A stretch of 64,000 bases of DNA from a virus. Positions 56,384 to 64,000 of the stretch are shown one piece after another. Under the pieces are notes generated by a model. It was not told where the DNA came from. It searched no databases and worked only from the letters and a program-made list of their open reading frames with translations. How positions within the stretch are numbered: position 1 is the stretch's first letter; the number at the start of each line of letters is the position of its first letter. The stretch spans positions 36,658-100,657 of the IMG/VR virus record IMGVR_UViG_3300011116_000574. One strand, given 5' to 3'. A program made the translations under genes and the position numbers.

Positions 56384-59300
56384 TGTCAGACTTTGTACAC
56401 TTACATGTGCATTCACACTATAGCCTTATGGATGGTCTTTGTACCCCACAAGAACTTTTAGTTGCTGGTAAAGCACTTGGTCAAAAAACTATGGCTATTA
56501 CCGATCATGGAACATTGTCATCACATAGAGATATGCAAATTGCTGCAAAAGAATTGGATATGAAACCAATTCTAGGACTTGAAGCATATATTTCTGCAAC
56601 GGATCGTTTTGACAAGCGTGATGTTAAAAAGCGTGATGATAATACTCAGGTGTACAATCACATTATTCTATTAGCAAAGGACCAAAATGGACTCAAAAAT
56701 TTACAGGCTATGTCTGAGATTGCTTGGACAGAGGGTTACTATCATAAGCCACGCATTGATCTTGAAATTCTTAACGACTTTGGTGACGGCATTATTGTAC
56801 TTTCTGGATGTATGAATGGGCTTATCTCAAAAGCCATTGACCGTGATGACATGGAAAAAGCTAGAGAGTATATGCGTTGGTTTAAAAACAGATTTGCCGA
56901 TGATTTTTATATTGAAATTCAAGCACACAATCCTGCAGATTTAAATTATAAACTACTAGAACTTGCAGACGAATTTGATGTTAAGCCAGTTGTAACATCG
57001 GATGCACACTTTGATTCCCCAGAGCAAAGGGCTTTGGAGGAAATCCTACTTATTATTTCTACCAAACCTAAAATGGACAGCGAAGCCAACTACGAGTCTG
57101 GTAAAAAGATTAAAAATATTTTTGAGCGACTTAACCACCTATACCCTGAACGACCAATCTCCTTTGAGGAAATTGATGTTTATATTCAGAGTCGTGATGA
57201 AATTAAAAAGTCTATGCTTAAGCAGGGCATTGATCGTCAAGATATTTATGACAGCACCTTAGAGATTGAATCTAAGATTGGTGAGTATGAATTTTATGAA
57301 GGTTTGGAGTTATTGCCTAAGCCTAAAAACGATGCTAATGATGAACTGCGTAAGTTGTGTGAAGAAGCATTAGATAATCTTGCTGTGCTAGATACAGCAT
57401 ATGGAACAGATTATTCTGTTAGATTGGAAGAAGAACTTGAAGTTATTAAAGATAAAGACTTTGCATCATACTTTCTTGTTGTTGCCGACATGGTTGGTTG
57501 GGCTAAAGATCAAGATATTATGGTCGGTCCTGGGCGTGGTTCTGCTGCTGGCAGCCTTGTTTGCTACCTATTGGGAATTACGGATGTCGATCCAATAATC
57601 CATGACCTTTTGTTTTTCCGTTTTATTAACCCAGAGCGTAATGACTTTCCAGACATTGATACTGACTTTATGGATAGACGGCGGGGAGAGGTAAAGGAAT
57701 ACCTTAGAACTAAGTTTAAGAATGTTGCTTCTATCTCTACATTCCAATATTTTAAAGATAAAGGTGTTGTACGAGATGTTGGTAGAACATTTGGTGTACC
57801 TCTAGGTGAAATAAATAAAGCTCTAAAAGGCATTGAAACATTTGAAGACTTGGAATCAAATCCTAATGCATCATGGTTTAGGGATAAGTATCCAGAAGTT
57901 ATGCAATATGCATCACTACTTCGTGGTAAAATTCGTGGTGTTGGTATGCATGCTGCTGGTGTGGTTGTGGCTAATCAACCAATTTCTAATTATGTGCCAA
58001 TTGAAACCCGAAAAGATCCAGATGATTCAGTATCTGGGCGTATTCCAGTAGTTGGTTATGATATGGAGCAAGCTGCCGATATTGGTCTTATTAAGCTGGA
58101 TGCTCTTGGTCTAAAGTCTTTATCTGTAATTAAAGATACATTGGACACAATCAAGGCTAGAGAGGGCGTAGAAATTAATTTAAAAACCCTGCCTCTAGAT
58201 GACCCAGAAGTATTTAAAGACCTCTCAGAGGGCTTTACAAGGGGCGTATTCCAGGCTGAGGCGACCCCATACACCAATTTGCTCATAAAAATGGGTGTGG
58301 ATAACTTTGAGGACCTTGTAGCATCCAACGCCCTAGTTCGACCAGGTGCTATGAATACCGTGGGTGGGGCTTATGTAGGTCGTAAAAGAGGCACTGAGAT
58401 GGTGGAATATGTTCATCCAATTATGCAGGACTTTACAAGAAACACATATGGTGTTATTATTTATCAGGAGCAGGTTATGCAAGCCTGTGTCCATCTTGGC
58501 GGTATGACTTGGGCGGAAGCAGATAAGGTTCGCAAGATTATTGGAAAGAAAAAGGATGCTCGTGAATTTGATTTATTTAGAGACAAGTTTGTTAATGGTG
58601 CAAGTAAGCACATTTCTAAAGAAAGTGCAGAAGATCTGTGGCATGACTTTGAGGCTCATGCTGGTTATTCTTTTAATCGTTCCCACGCTGTTGCTTATTC
58701 TATGCTTTCCTATTGGACTGCTTGGCTTAAACACTATCATCCGTTGGAGTTCATCTATTCCATTCTTAAAAATGAAAAGGATAAAGATGCCCGAACAGAA
58801 TACTTACTGGAAGCCAAAAGACTTGGAATCAAAGTTCTTTTGCCACATGTTAATGAATCAGAGTCGGGATTCAGCATCCAAGGAAACTCTATCCGATTTG
58901 GACTAGGTGACATTAAATACATCTCCGACAACATTGCATCAAAATTGATTGCAAATAGACCATACAAAAACTATGAGCATTTGCTAGAGATATCTCGTTC
59001 TAAGGGTAGTGGCATTAACGCTAGAGCAATTGAATCATTAAACATGATTGGCGGAGCAGCTTTTACAGATAATCCCCGAAAAGGAAACGAGTCAGAAAAC
59101 CTATATGAATATCTTACAATTCCAAAATTTGATATCCAGGGACTTGAGCCAAAAATTAAAGCACAAATTCAACCGCTTGAAGAATTTCTTGAAGAGGGTT
59201 GCTATGTTCTTATGGCTATGGTTCGTTCAATTAAAAAGGGTAAAGGCTGGAGTCGCGTAGAACTTGTGGATGATACAGGTGCTATTGGTATCTTCCATTC

Positions 59301-59667
59301 TGAAAATACCCAAATTGAAACTGGCAATATGTATTTCTTTTTAGTAGGAGATAATCGTATTCATCGGTATGTTAATATTGAAGATGTTATTAATAAGAAA
59401 GATGATCCATTTATTAACTGGCTCTATGCAGATAAATTAGATGTGCCAGATGAAAAATACTTAGTAGTTGATTTTACACACTACAAAACAAAAACAAACA
59501 AGATGATGGCTCACATTATTTTGTCTAATAATGAAAAAGAACTTTTGCGAGTTCTTGTGTTCCCAACACTCTATGCCAAAGCATTAGGCAAGATGAAAGC
59601 GGGTTCAGTTTGTGAGCCAATAATTAAATATGATGATAAAACTATATTCGTAAAGGAAGTAATATAA
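56383..59667 (+). CDS. dnaE: DNA polymerase III alpha subunit
   Basis: PHP motif HLHVHSHYSLMDG, GRGSAAGS, PDIDTDF, FNRSHA. Confidence 0.95.
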   Translation: MSDFVHLHVHSHYSLMDGLCTPQELLVAGKALGQKTMAITDHGTLSSHRDMQIAAKELDMKPILGLEAYISATDRFDKRDVKKRDDNTQVYNHIILLAKDQNGLKNLQAMSEIAWTEGYYHKPRIDLEILNDFGDGIIVLSGCMNGLISKAIDRDDMEKAREYMRWFKNRFADDFYIEIQAHNPADLNYKLLELADEFDVKPVVTSDAHFDSPEQRALEEILLIISTKPKMDSEANYESGKKIKNIFERLNHLYPERPISFEEIDVYIQSRDEIKKSMLKQGIDRQDIYDSTLEIESKIGEYEFYEGLELLPKPKNDANDELRKLCEEALDNLAVLDTAYGTDYSVRLEEELEVIKDKDFASYFLVVADMVGWAKDQDIMVGPGRGSAAGSLVCYLLGITDVDPIIHDLLFFRFINPERNDFPDIDTDFMDRRRGEVKEYLRTKFKNVASISTFQYFKDKGVVRDVGRTFGVPLGEINKALKGIETFEDLESNPNASWFRDKYPEVMQYASLLRGKIRGVGMHAAGVVVANQPISNYVPIETRKDPDDSVSGRIPVVGYDMEQAADIGLIKLDALGLKSLSVIKDTLDTIKAREGVEINLKTLPLDDPEVFKDLSEGFTRGVFQAEATPYTNLLIKMGVDNFEDLVASNALVRPGAMNTVGGAYVGRKRGTEMVEYVHPIMQDFTRNTYGVIIYQEQVMQACVHLGGMTWAEADKVRKIIGKKKDAREFDLFRDKFVNGASKHISKESAEDLWHDFEAHAGYSFNRSHAVAYSMLSYWTAWLKHYHPLEFIYSILKNEKDKDARTEYLLEAKRLGIKVLLPHVNESESGFSIQGNSIRFGLGDIKYISDNIASKLIANRPYKNYEHLLEISRSKGSGINARAIESLNMIGGAAFTDNPRKGNESENLYEYLTIPKFDIQGLEPKIKAQIQPLEEFLEEGCYVLMAMVRSIKKGKGWSRVELVDDTGAIGIFHSENTQIETGNMYFFLVGDNRIHRYVNIEDVINKKDDPFINWLYADKLDVPDEKYLVVDFTHYKTKTNKMMAHIILSNNEKELLRVLVFPTLYAKALGKMKAGSVCEPIIKYDDKTIFVKEVI

Positions 59668-59864
59668 TGAGTGAAGAAGTACAAAATGTACAATTAACAG
59701 TAGAGCAAATTCTTGCTGCAATTTTAAATAAAATTGGTAAAACAGATTTGACGGAAGCAGAATTGTTAGCAGATTACTCCAACTATGTTGTTGCAGTAGA
59801 TCCAGTAGATGAAAAAACAGTTAGTTTTCAACTTGTAGAAGAAGGTGCTGCAGAAAATGAATAA
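59667..59864 (+). CDS. hypothetical protein
   Basis: TAATG-coupled to dnaE. Confidence 0.7.
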   Translation: MSEEVQNVQLTVEQILAAILNKIGKTDLTEAELLADYSNYVVAVDPVDEKTVSFQLVEEGAAENE

Positions 59865-60210
59865 TTATTTAGATAGTATTGCAAAAGATATCCATGATGT
59901 TTCTATGGACAAAGGTTTTTGGCGTAAAGTTTATATTGACGGCAGATCATATCCAGCTAAAGATATTGATTTTATGCTTGCAAAACTTGCTCTAGTTCAT
60001 TCTGAGGTTAGTGAAGTTTTAGAAGCAATGCGTAAACAGATGGATGAAGAAAAAATTGTAGAAGAGCTTGTAGATATTTTTATTAGGCTTATGGACTTTT
60101 ATCAGGGCGCAAAAAATTGCGGTTGGGTAGAGTCTTCTTTTGACAAAGTTTATGAAAAGAAAATGGGAGTAAATAAATCCCGCCCTAAAATGCATGGTAA
60201 TTTAGCCTAA
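59857..60210 (+). CDS. MazG-like nucleotide pyrophosphohydrolase
   Basis: LVHSEVSEVLEA...EELVDIFIR...N-x-x-RP-x-x-HG. Confidence 0.85.
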   Translation: MNNYLDSIAKDIHDVSMDKGFWRKVYIDGRSYPAKDIDFMLAKLALVHSEVSEVLEAMRKQMDEEKIVEELVDIFIRLMDFYQGAKNCGWVESSFDKVYEKKMGVNKSRPKMHGNLA

Positions 60211-60247
60211 AAGACAAAAATCGTTTTTTATTGTATAATATAGGTAT

Positions 60248-60532
60248 ATGAGTGATGCCTACATCCTAGAGGGTATCGAAGACGATTACCTTTTAGTAAT
60301 AAAAGCGGAAGATCAAGAAACTATCTTGAGTATTATAGATAGGTTGAGCACCAGTCGCTCAAAATGGATTAAAGAACTGGCATCAATATTAGAAGAGAGT
60401 TTACATGACACTGGTCGCAGAAGAGATTCTAGCAAAACTAGACCCAAAGACACGCCAAAGAGTACAAATGGCAACAAGCGTAGACGCACAAAAACAGCAA
60501 ACACCAAGCATCGGTCTAAACCTCGCACTTAA
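60248..60532 (+). CDS. hypothetical protein overlapping recA
   Basis: Start lies just after TATAAT. The 3' 128 bp overlap recA. Confidence 0.55.
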   Translation: MSDAYILEGIEDDYLLVIKAEDQETILSIIDRLSTSRSKWIKELASILEESLHDTGRRRDSSKTRPKDTPKSTNGNKRRRTKTANTKHRSKPRT

Positions 60533-61409
60533 AGGCGGGTTTGGATACGGAAGACAAATTTTAGTTTGGGGAAATAAATCAGCAGGTAAGTCATCATTTT
60601 GTTTGCAAATGATTGCTGATGCACAAAAAAATGGAAAGACCTGTGCCTGGATTGATTCTGAGGCATCATATTCTGCTGATTGGGCAGAATTGCTGGGAGT
60701 TAATTCAAGTGAATTGATTTATTCTCCAGCTAAATCAATCAACGATATGGTTGATGTTGCAGTTCAGTTAATGGATGCTGGAGTAGATATCATTGTTGTA
60801 GATTCAATTTCAGCACTACTACCAGCAATTTACTTTGAAAAAGATGGCAATGAATTAAAAGATTTACAAGACACCAAACAGATTGGTGCAGAAGCAAAGG
60901 ATATGACCCATGCGGTCAAGATGTTAAATTATGCAAACAAAAACACATTACTGGTTCTTATCTCTCAGCAAAGAAATCAATTTGGCTCTATGCATGCAAG
61001 CCACATCCCAACAGGAGGAATGGCGGTCAAGTTTTTCAGTAGTACCATTATCAAGTTATGGGCTTCGGAAGCCGAAGCTAATGCTATTAAGTCTGGTGTT
61101 CAGGTTGGCGACAAAATTATTGAACAAAAAGTTGGAAGACCAGTCAATTGGATTATTGATTACAACAAACTCGGACCACCCAATTTATCTGGACAGTACG
61201 ATTTCTATTACCAAGGAGACCATGTAGGTGTAGATGGTGTTGGAGAAGTACTTGATGTTGCAGAAATGATGGGAATTGTTCAGCGTGGCGGATCTTGGTA
61301 TACAGTAGAGGAAGAGCGTTTTCAGGGTCGTGCAAAGACTGTAGATTATTTACGGGAAAATCCTAAAGTAGTAGAAGTATTAAGGAAAAAGATTTATGAC
61401 AAAATTTGA
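60405..61409 (+). CDS. recA: RecA-like recombinase
   Basis: GNKSAGKSS, IDSE, VVDSI, TGGMAVKFFSS, GGSWY. Confidence 0.93.
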   Translation: MTLVAEEILAKLDPKTRQRVQMATSVDAQKQQTPSIGLNLALKGGFGYGRQILVWGNKSAGKSSFCLQMIADAQKNGKTCAWIDSEASYSADWAELLGVNSSELIYSPAKSINDMVDVAVQLMDAGVDIIVVDSISALLPAIYFEKDGNELKDLQDTKQIGAEAKDMTHAVKMLNYANKNTLLVLISQQRNQFGSMHASHIPTGGMAVKFFSSTIIKLWASEAEANAIKSGVQVGDKIIEQKVGRPVNWIIDYNKLGPPNLSGQYDFYYQGDHVGVDGVGEVLDVAEMMGIVQRGGSWYTVEEERFQGRAKTVDYLRENPKVVEVLRKKIYDKI

Positions 61410-61581
61410 CGATTTTATGAAAGGTTCTTTAAAAGAAGTAAAAGATTTGCAAGAACTTTTCGGAGATTATGGATGTCAAAGCTGTGAGAAGCAGACACCA
61501 AAGGCTTATTTTAATGAAAAAGATTTAGAAATTATTTGGTTCTGTGAAGATGAGCATCGTTCATCAATTAAGCTGGGCTAA
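61396..61581 (+). CDS. small Zn-binding protein
   Basis: CQSC...C-x-x-x-H. Confidence 0.7.
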   Translation: MTKFDDFMKGSLKEVKDLQELFGDYGCQSCEKQTPKAYFNEKDLEIIWFCEDEHRSSIKLG

Positions 61582-61895
61582 TGTCTGAAAGAGGAGAAGC
61601 AAAGCGTGATGGAGCAAAACTCCAAAAAAATTCTGGTCGGGGGCAATATCAAAAGGGTGATGCTACTTGGCGTAGTTTTCTTGTTGACTATAAAGAGTAT
61701 GAAAAGTCGATTTCGATTACCAAAGAAATCTGGGCAAAAGTTTGCACAGACACTTTTAAGGTCAGCAGAGAAAAATTTCCAGTACTCAAACTTATACTTG
61801 GAAGAGACAACAGCAAAACAAGATTAGCCGTAATTGAATGGGCACTGCTAGAAGAACTTATAGAATGTTGGGAAAAAAATAATGTTGATAATTGA
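61581..61895 (+). CDS. PD-(D/E)XK nuclease, Holliday-junction resolvase-like
   Basis: NSGRG...KGD...VDYKE. Confidence 0.7.
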   Translation: MSERGEAKRDGAKLQKNSGRGQYQKGDATWRSFLVDYKEYEKSISITKEIWAKVCTDTFKVSREKFPVLKLILGRDNSKTRLAVIEWALLEELIECWEKNNVDN

Positions 61896-61963
61896 AATTA
61901 TAATAATGTTTGGCGTTACCATAAATTGTTATGTCAATGTAAAAAAATATCTGGAGGACAAGC

Positions 61964-62287
61964 GTGGCGGATAACATACTTGAATCGGTAAGCAATGTTA
62001 CCGAATTTAATGAAATGAAAGAGTTTATGAATGATCCAGAATTGGATGAAGCCCTAGACCTAATCATTAAATTAATTATGAAGCCAGATGTACCTGCTGG
62101 TAAATCTCCAGAACTTATTGTCAGGCTGCAAGCCCTGAGTGCAAAGTTTGCCATGTTGTCTAGATATTACACAACATTTGAAAAAGGTGGGGACTCTTCA
62201 AAAAAGAAGAATGTTTACTACACCGTATCTGATGCGTTAGATAAATTAGTAGACAGTGTAAAATATTTAGCGAGGTATGGTCTTTAA
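61964..62287 (+). CDS. hypothetical protein
   Basis: GGAGG RBS, GTG start. Confidence 0.75.
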   Translation: MADNILESVSNVTEFNEMKEFMNDPELDEALDLIIKLIMKPDVPAGKSPELIVRLQALSAKFAMLSRYYTTFEKGGDSSKKKNVYYTVSDALDKLVDSVKYLARYGL

Positions 62288-63069
62288 TGGCAAGAAATAT
62301 TGTTGGAAATTTAAAATTTAGAAAGACACAAGACGGCGGGTTCGACCCAGATGTACTTGCTGAAGAAATTGAAGCTGCTTATCTTGCAGATAATAGAGCG
62401 GGATTTACACAAAAGAAAACTTTTGCCCCTTCAACTGTAGGCTATGGTCATGGTAATTGTCCCAGATACTGGTACATAGCATTTGATGGAGCAGACTTTG
62501 AAGATAATTCTGACGCTTTAGCAAAAGCAAATATGCTTAATGGAACTTATGTACATGAAAGACTACAGGCAATTATGCAAAAAATTCCTGGAAATAGAAT
62601 TAAAGAAGTAGAACGGGAGATTGTTAGTCAAGATCCACCAATCCGTGGCTTTGCAGATCTTATTGTTAATTGGGAAGATAAAGAAGTTCTTGGAGAAATT
62701 AAGTCGGCTAAAGAAGAAAACTATTCAATTAGAAAATCTGCGATGAAAGGTTCTGGAAACCACCAGCTACAATTGCTACTCTATATGTACATTGAAAAAA
62801 TTGATCAAGGATTCTTTTTGTATGAAAACAAAAACGATAACGAAATGCTTATTATTCCTATCAACATGACCGACTCAAACAAGAAACTAATTGAAGATAC
62901 ATTAGATTGGTTACGCAAGGTTTATGCTAATTGGGAAAATCAAACATTACCAACAAGAGCATTTACTAAAACTCAGTCTGCTTGTAAATACTGCCCTGTT
63001 AAAAAGGTGTGCTGGAAACAACTTGACGAGGGTGAAGTTGAAATAGAAGCGATGGTGCCACCTAAATGA
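62287..63069 (+). CDS. Cas4-like exonuclease
   Basis: CPR...GT-x-x-H...GFAD...EIKS...QL-x-x-Y...CKYCP-x-x-x-x-C. Confidence 0.85.
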   Translation: MARNIVGNLKFRKTQDGGFDPDVLAEEIEAAYLADNRAGFTQKKTFAPSTVGYGHGNCPRYWYIAFDGADFEDNSDALAKANMLNGTYVHERLQAIMQKIPGNRIKEVEREIVSQDPPIRGFADLIVNWEDKEVLGEIKSAKEENYSIRKSAMKGSGNHQLQLLLYMYIEKIDQGFFLYENKNDNEMLIIPINMTDSNKKLIEDTLDWLRKVYANWENQTLPTRAFTKTQSACKYCPVKKVCWKQLDEGEVEIEAMVPPK

Positions 63070-63353
63070 TATGTGCAAATGAAGGTTGCGAAAACGAATT
63101 CGATCCAAAAACTCATAACATGAAATACTGTGGCGATGAGTGTTGCCGTGAAGCGACTAATGCAAAAATTAAACAAAAGTATTATGATAAAAAGGCAAGG
63201 TTGGCTGGTCAAAAAAGAACTTGCTCTAACAAAGGCTGCACCACCACACTCAACAGATATAACCCATCTAATGTTTGTGAAAACTGTGTTGCTAATGAAA
63301 AGCTAGAACAACAAAAAAAATTATTGGGGATGATTAAGAATGTCTCTCGCTGA
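63066..63353 (+). CDS. Cys-rich Zn-finger protein
   Basis: Several Cys pairs. Confidence 0.75.
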   Translation: MICANEGCENEFDPKTHNMKYCGDECCREATNAKIKQKYYDKKARLAGQKRTCSNKGCTTTLNRYNPSNVCENCVANEKLEQQKKLLGMIKNVSR

Positions 63354-63894
63354 GTTAAAAAAGCAACATCATAAAGTCTTGGCTATTGATGCAAGCACTA
63401 ATACTGTTGCGTTTTGTTTAATGAATGGAAAAGAGCCAGTTAAGTGGGGAGAAATAACCTTTACGGGCTCCGATGTTTATGATAGAATATTAGATGCAAA
63501 GAAAAAATTGCGGGCGTTTAAAGACCTGTTAGACTATGACTATGTAGTTCTTGAGGCAGCAGTAATGGTTAGATCCGCTAATACTGGATTAAAGATGGCT
63601 TATGTATTTGGTGCAATTCTTGGAGAATTACTTAAAGACGGAATTGATGTAATTGAAGTCCATCCAATCACTTGGCAGTCTTATATTGGAAACAAAAACT
63701 TTACAAAGGTTGAAAAAGAAGCGGTAAGAAAAGAGTTTCCAGGCAAGTCGGATAACTGGTATAAAGCCAAGATCAGAGAAAAGAGAAAACAAAAAACTAT
63801 GGATTTTGCAAAAAGCATTGGCGTTGCTACCGTTAATGACAATGTTGGTGATGCTGTTGGTATTGCTTGGTATGCAGTAAATGAGTTGGTGTAA
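63340..63894 (+). CDS. RuvC-like resolvase
   Basis: LAIDAST...VVLE...W...DAVGIA. Confidence 0.85.
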   Translation: MSLAELKKQHHKVLAIDASTNTVAFCLMNGKEPVKWGEITFTGSDVYDRILDAKKKLRAFKDLLDYDYVVLEAAVMVRSANTGLKMAYVFGAILGELLKDGIDVIEVHPITWQSYIGNKNFTKVEKEAVRKEFPGKSDNWYKAKIREKRKQKTMDFAKSIGVATVNDNVGDAVGIAWYAVNELV

Positions 63895-64000
63895 TGTCTA
63901 AGCTTTATGAGTCCCGCGATTGGTTATATAATCGATACATAATTAAAAAAATGAACATTGTAGATATGGCTAAAGAGGATGGATGCAGCCACATGACTAT
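63894..64000 (+). CDS. HTH protein, truncated by window end
   Basis: MSKLYESRDWLYNRY...MAKEDGCSHMT. Confidence 0.6.
   Translation, partial: MSKLYESRDWLYNRYIIKKMNIVDMAKEDGCSHMT

Noticed and set aside
12251-59667. Inteins or introns in NrdJ, DnaB or DnaE
   Set aside because: Lengths are ordinary, motifs are contiguous, and no intein splice motifs were seen.
62287-63069. Cas4 as part of a CRISPR-Cas system
   Set aside because: It is a stand-alone Cas4-like nuclease in a recombination cluster, which is common in phages.
12400-63212. Short antisense or alternate-frame ORFs inside long genes
   Set aside because: They are shadow ORFs with no RBS or recognisable motifs.
1-64000. tRNA genes, terminase, endolysin, integrase
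   Set aside because: None recognised by eye. They may lie outside the window, and a tRNAscan/HMM run would be needed to exclude them.

Overview
This window is a 64-kb segment of a large, low-GC tailed dsDNA phage genome with a siphovirus-type layout. The gene order resembles Streptomyces cluster BE/BK-like and freshwater actinophages. An actinobacterial host is inferred from WhiB, DnaE, an MSMEG_6728-type glycosylase and leaderless genes. There are three zones. (1) 1-9.7 kb: an array of about 35 tiny, mostly minus-strand ORFs in cassettes. I counted 23 promoter-like motifs TGTC-N12-TANNNT, and many cassettes are separated by a composite repeat (CAGAGA-N13-TCGTA plus the palindrome CGGGGTACCCCG plus a variable hairpin). 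(2) 11.2-49.8 kb: glycosyltransferase, class II RNR and the virion module (portal, prohead protease, capsid, neck, tail tube, frameshifted chaperone, 3281-aa tape measure, minor tail proteins). (3) 49.8-64 kb: replication/recombination genes (DnaB, primase, SSB, DnaE, RecA, Cas4-like, RuvC-like). The most striking observation is about 1200 aa of insert in the tape measure protein. It holds four globular domains, one ADP-ribosyltransferase-like and one HipA/PI-kinase-like, separated by repeated Q-x-G-G-x-I-P-G-[YF] linkers, which suggests an injected effector polyprotein. The repeat-delimited early cassette array with its own promoter class is the second highlight. No terminase, endolysin, integrase, tRNA or CRISPR array was recognised. 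All functional calls come from reading motifs by eye, not from database searches.
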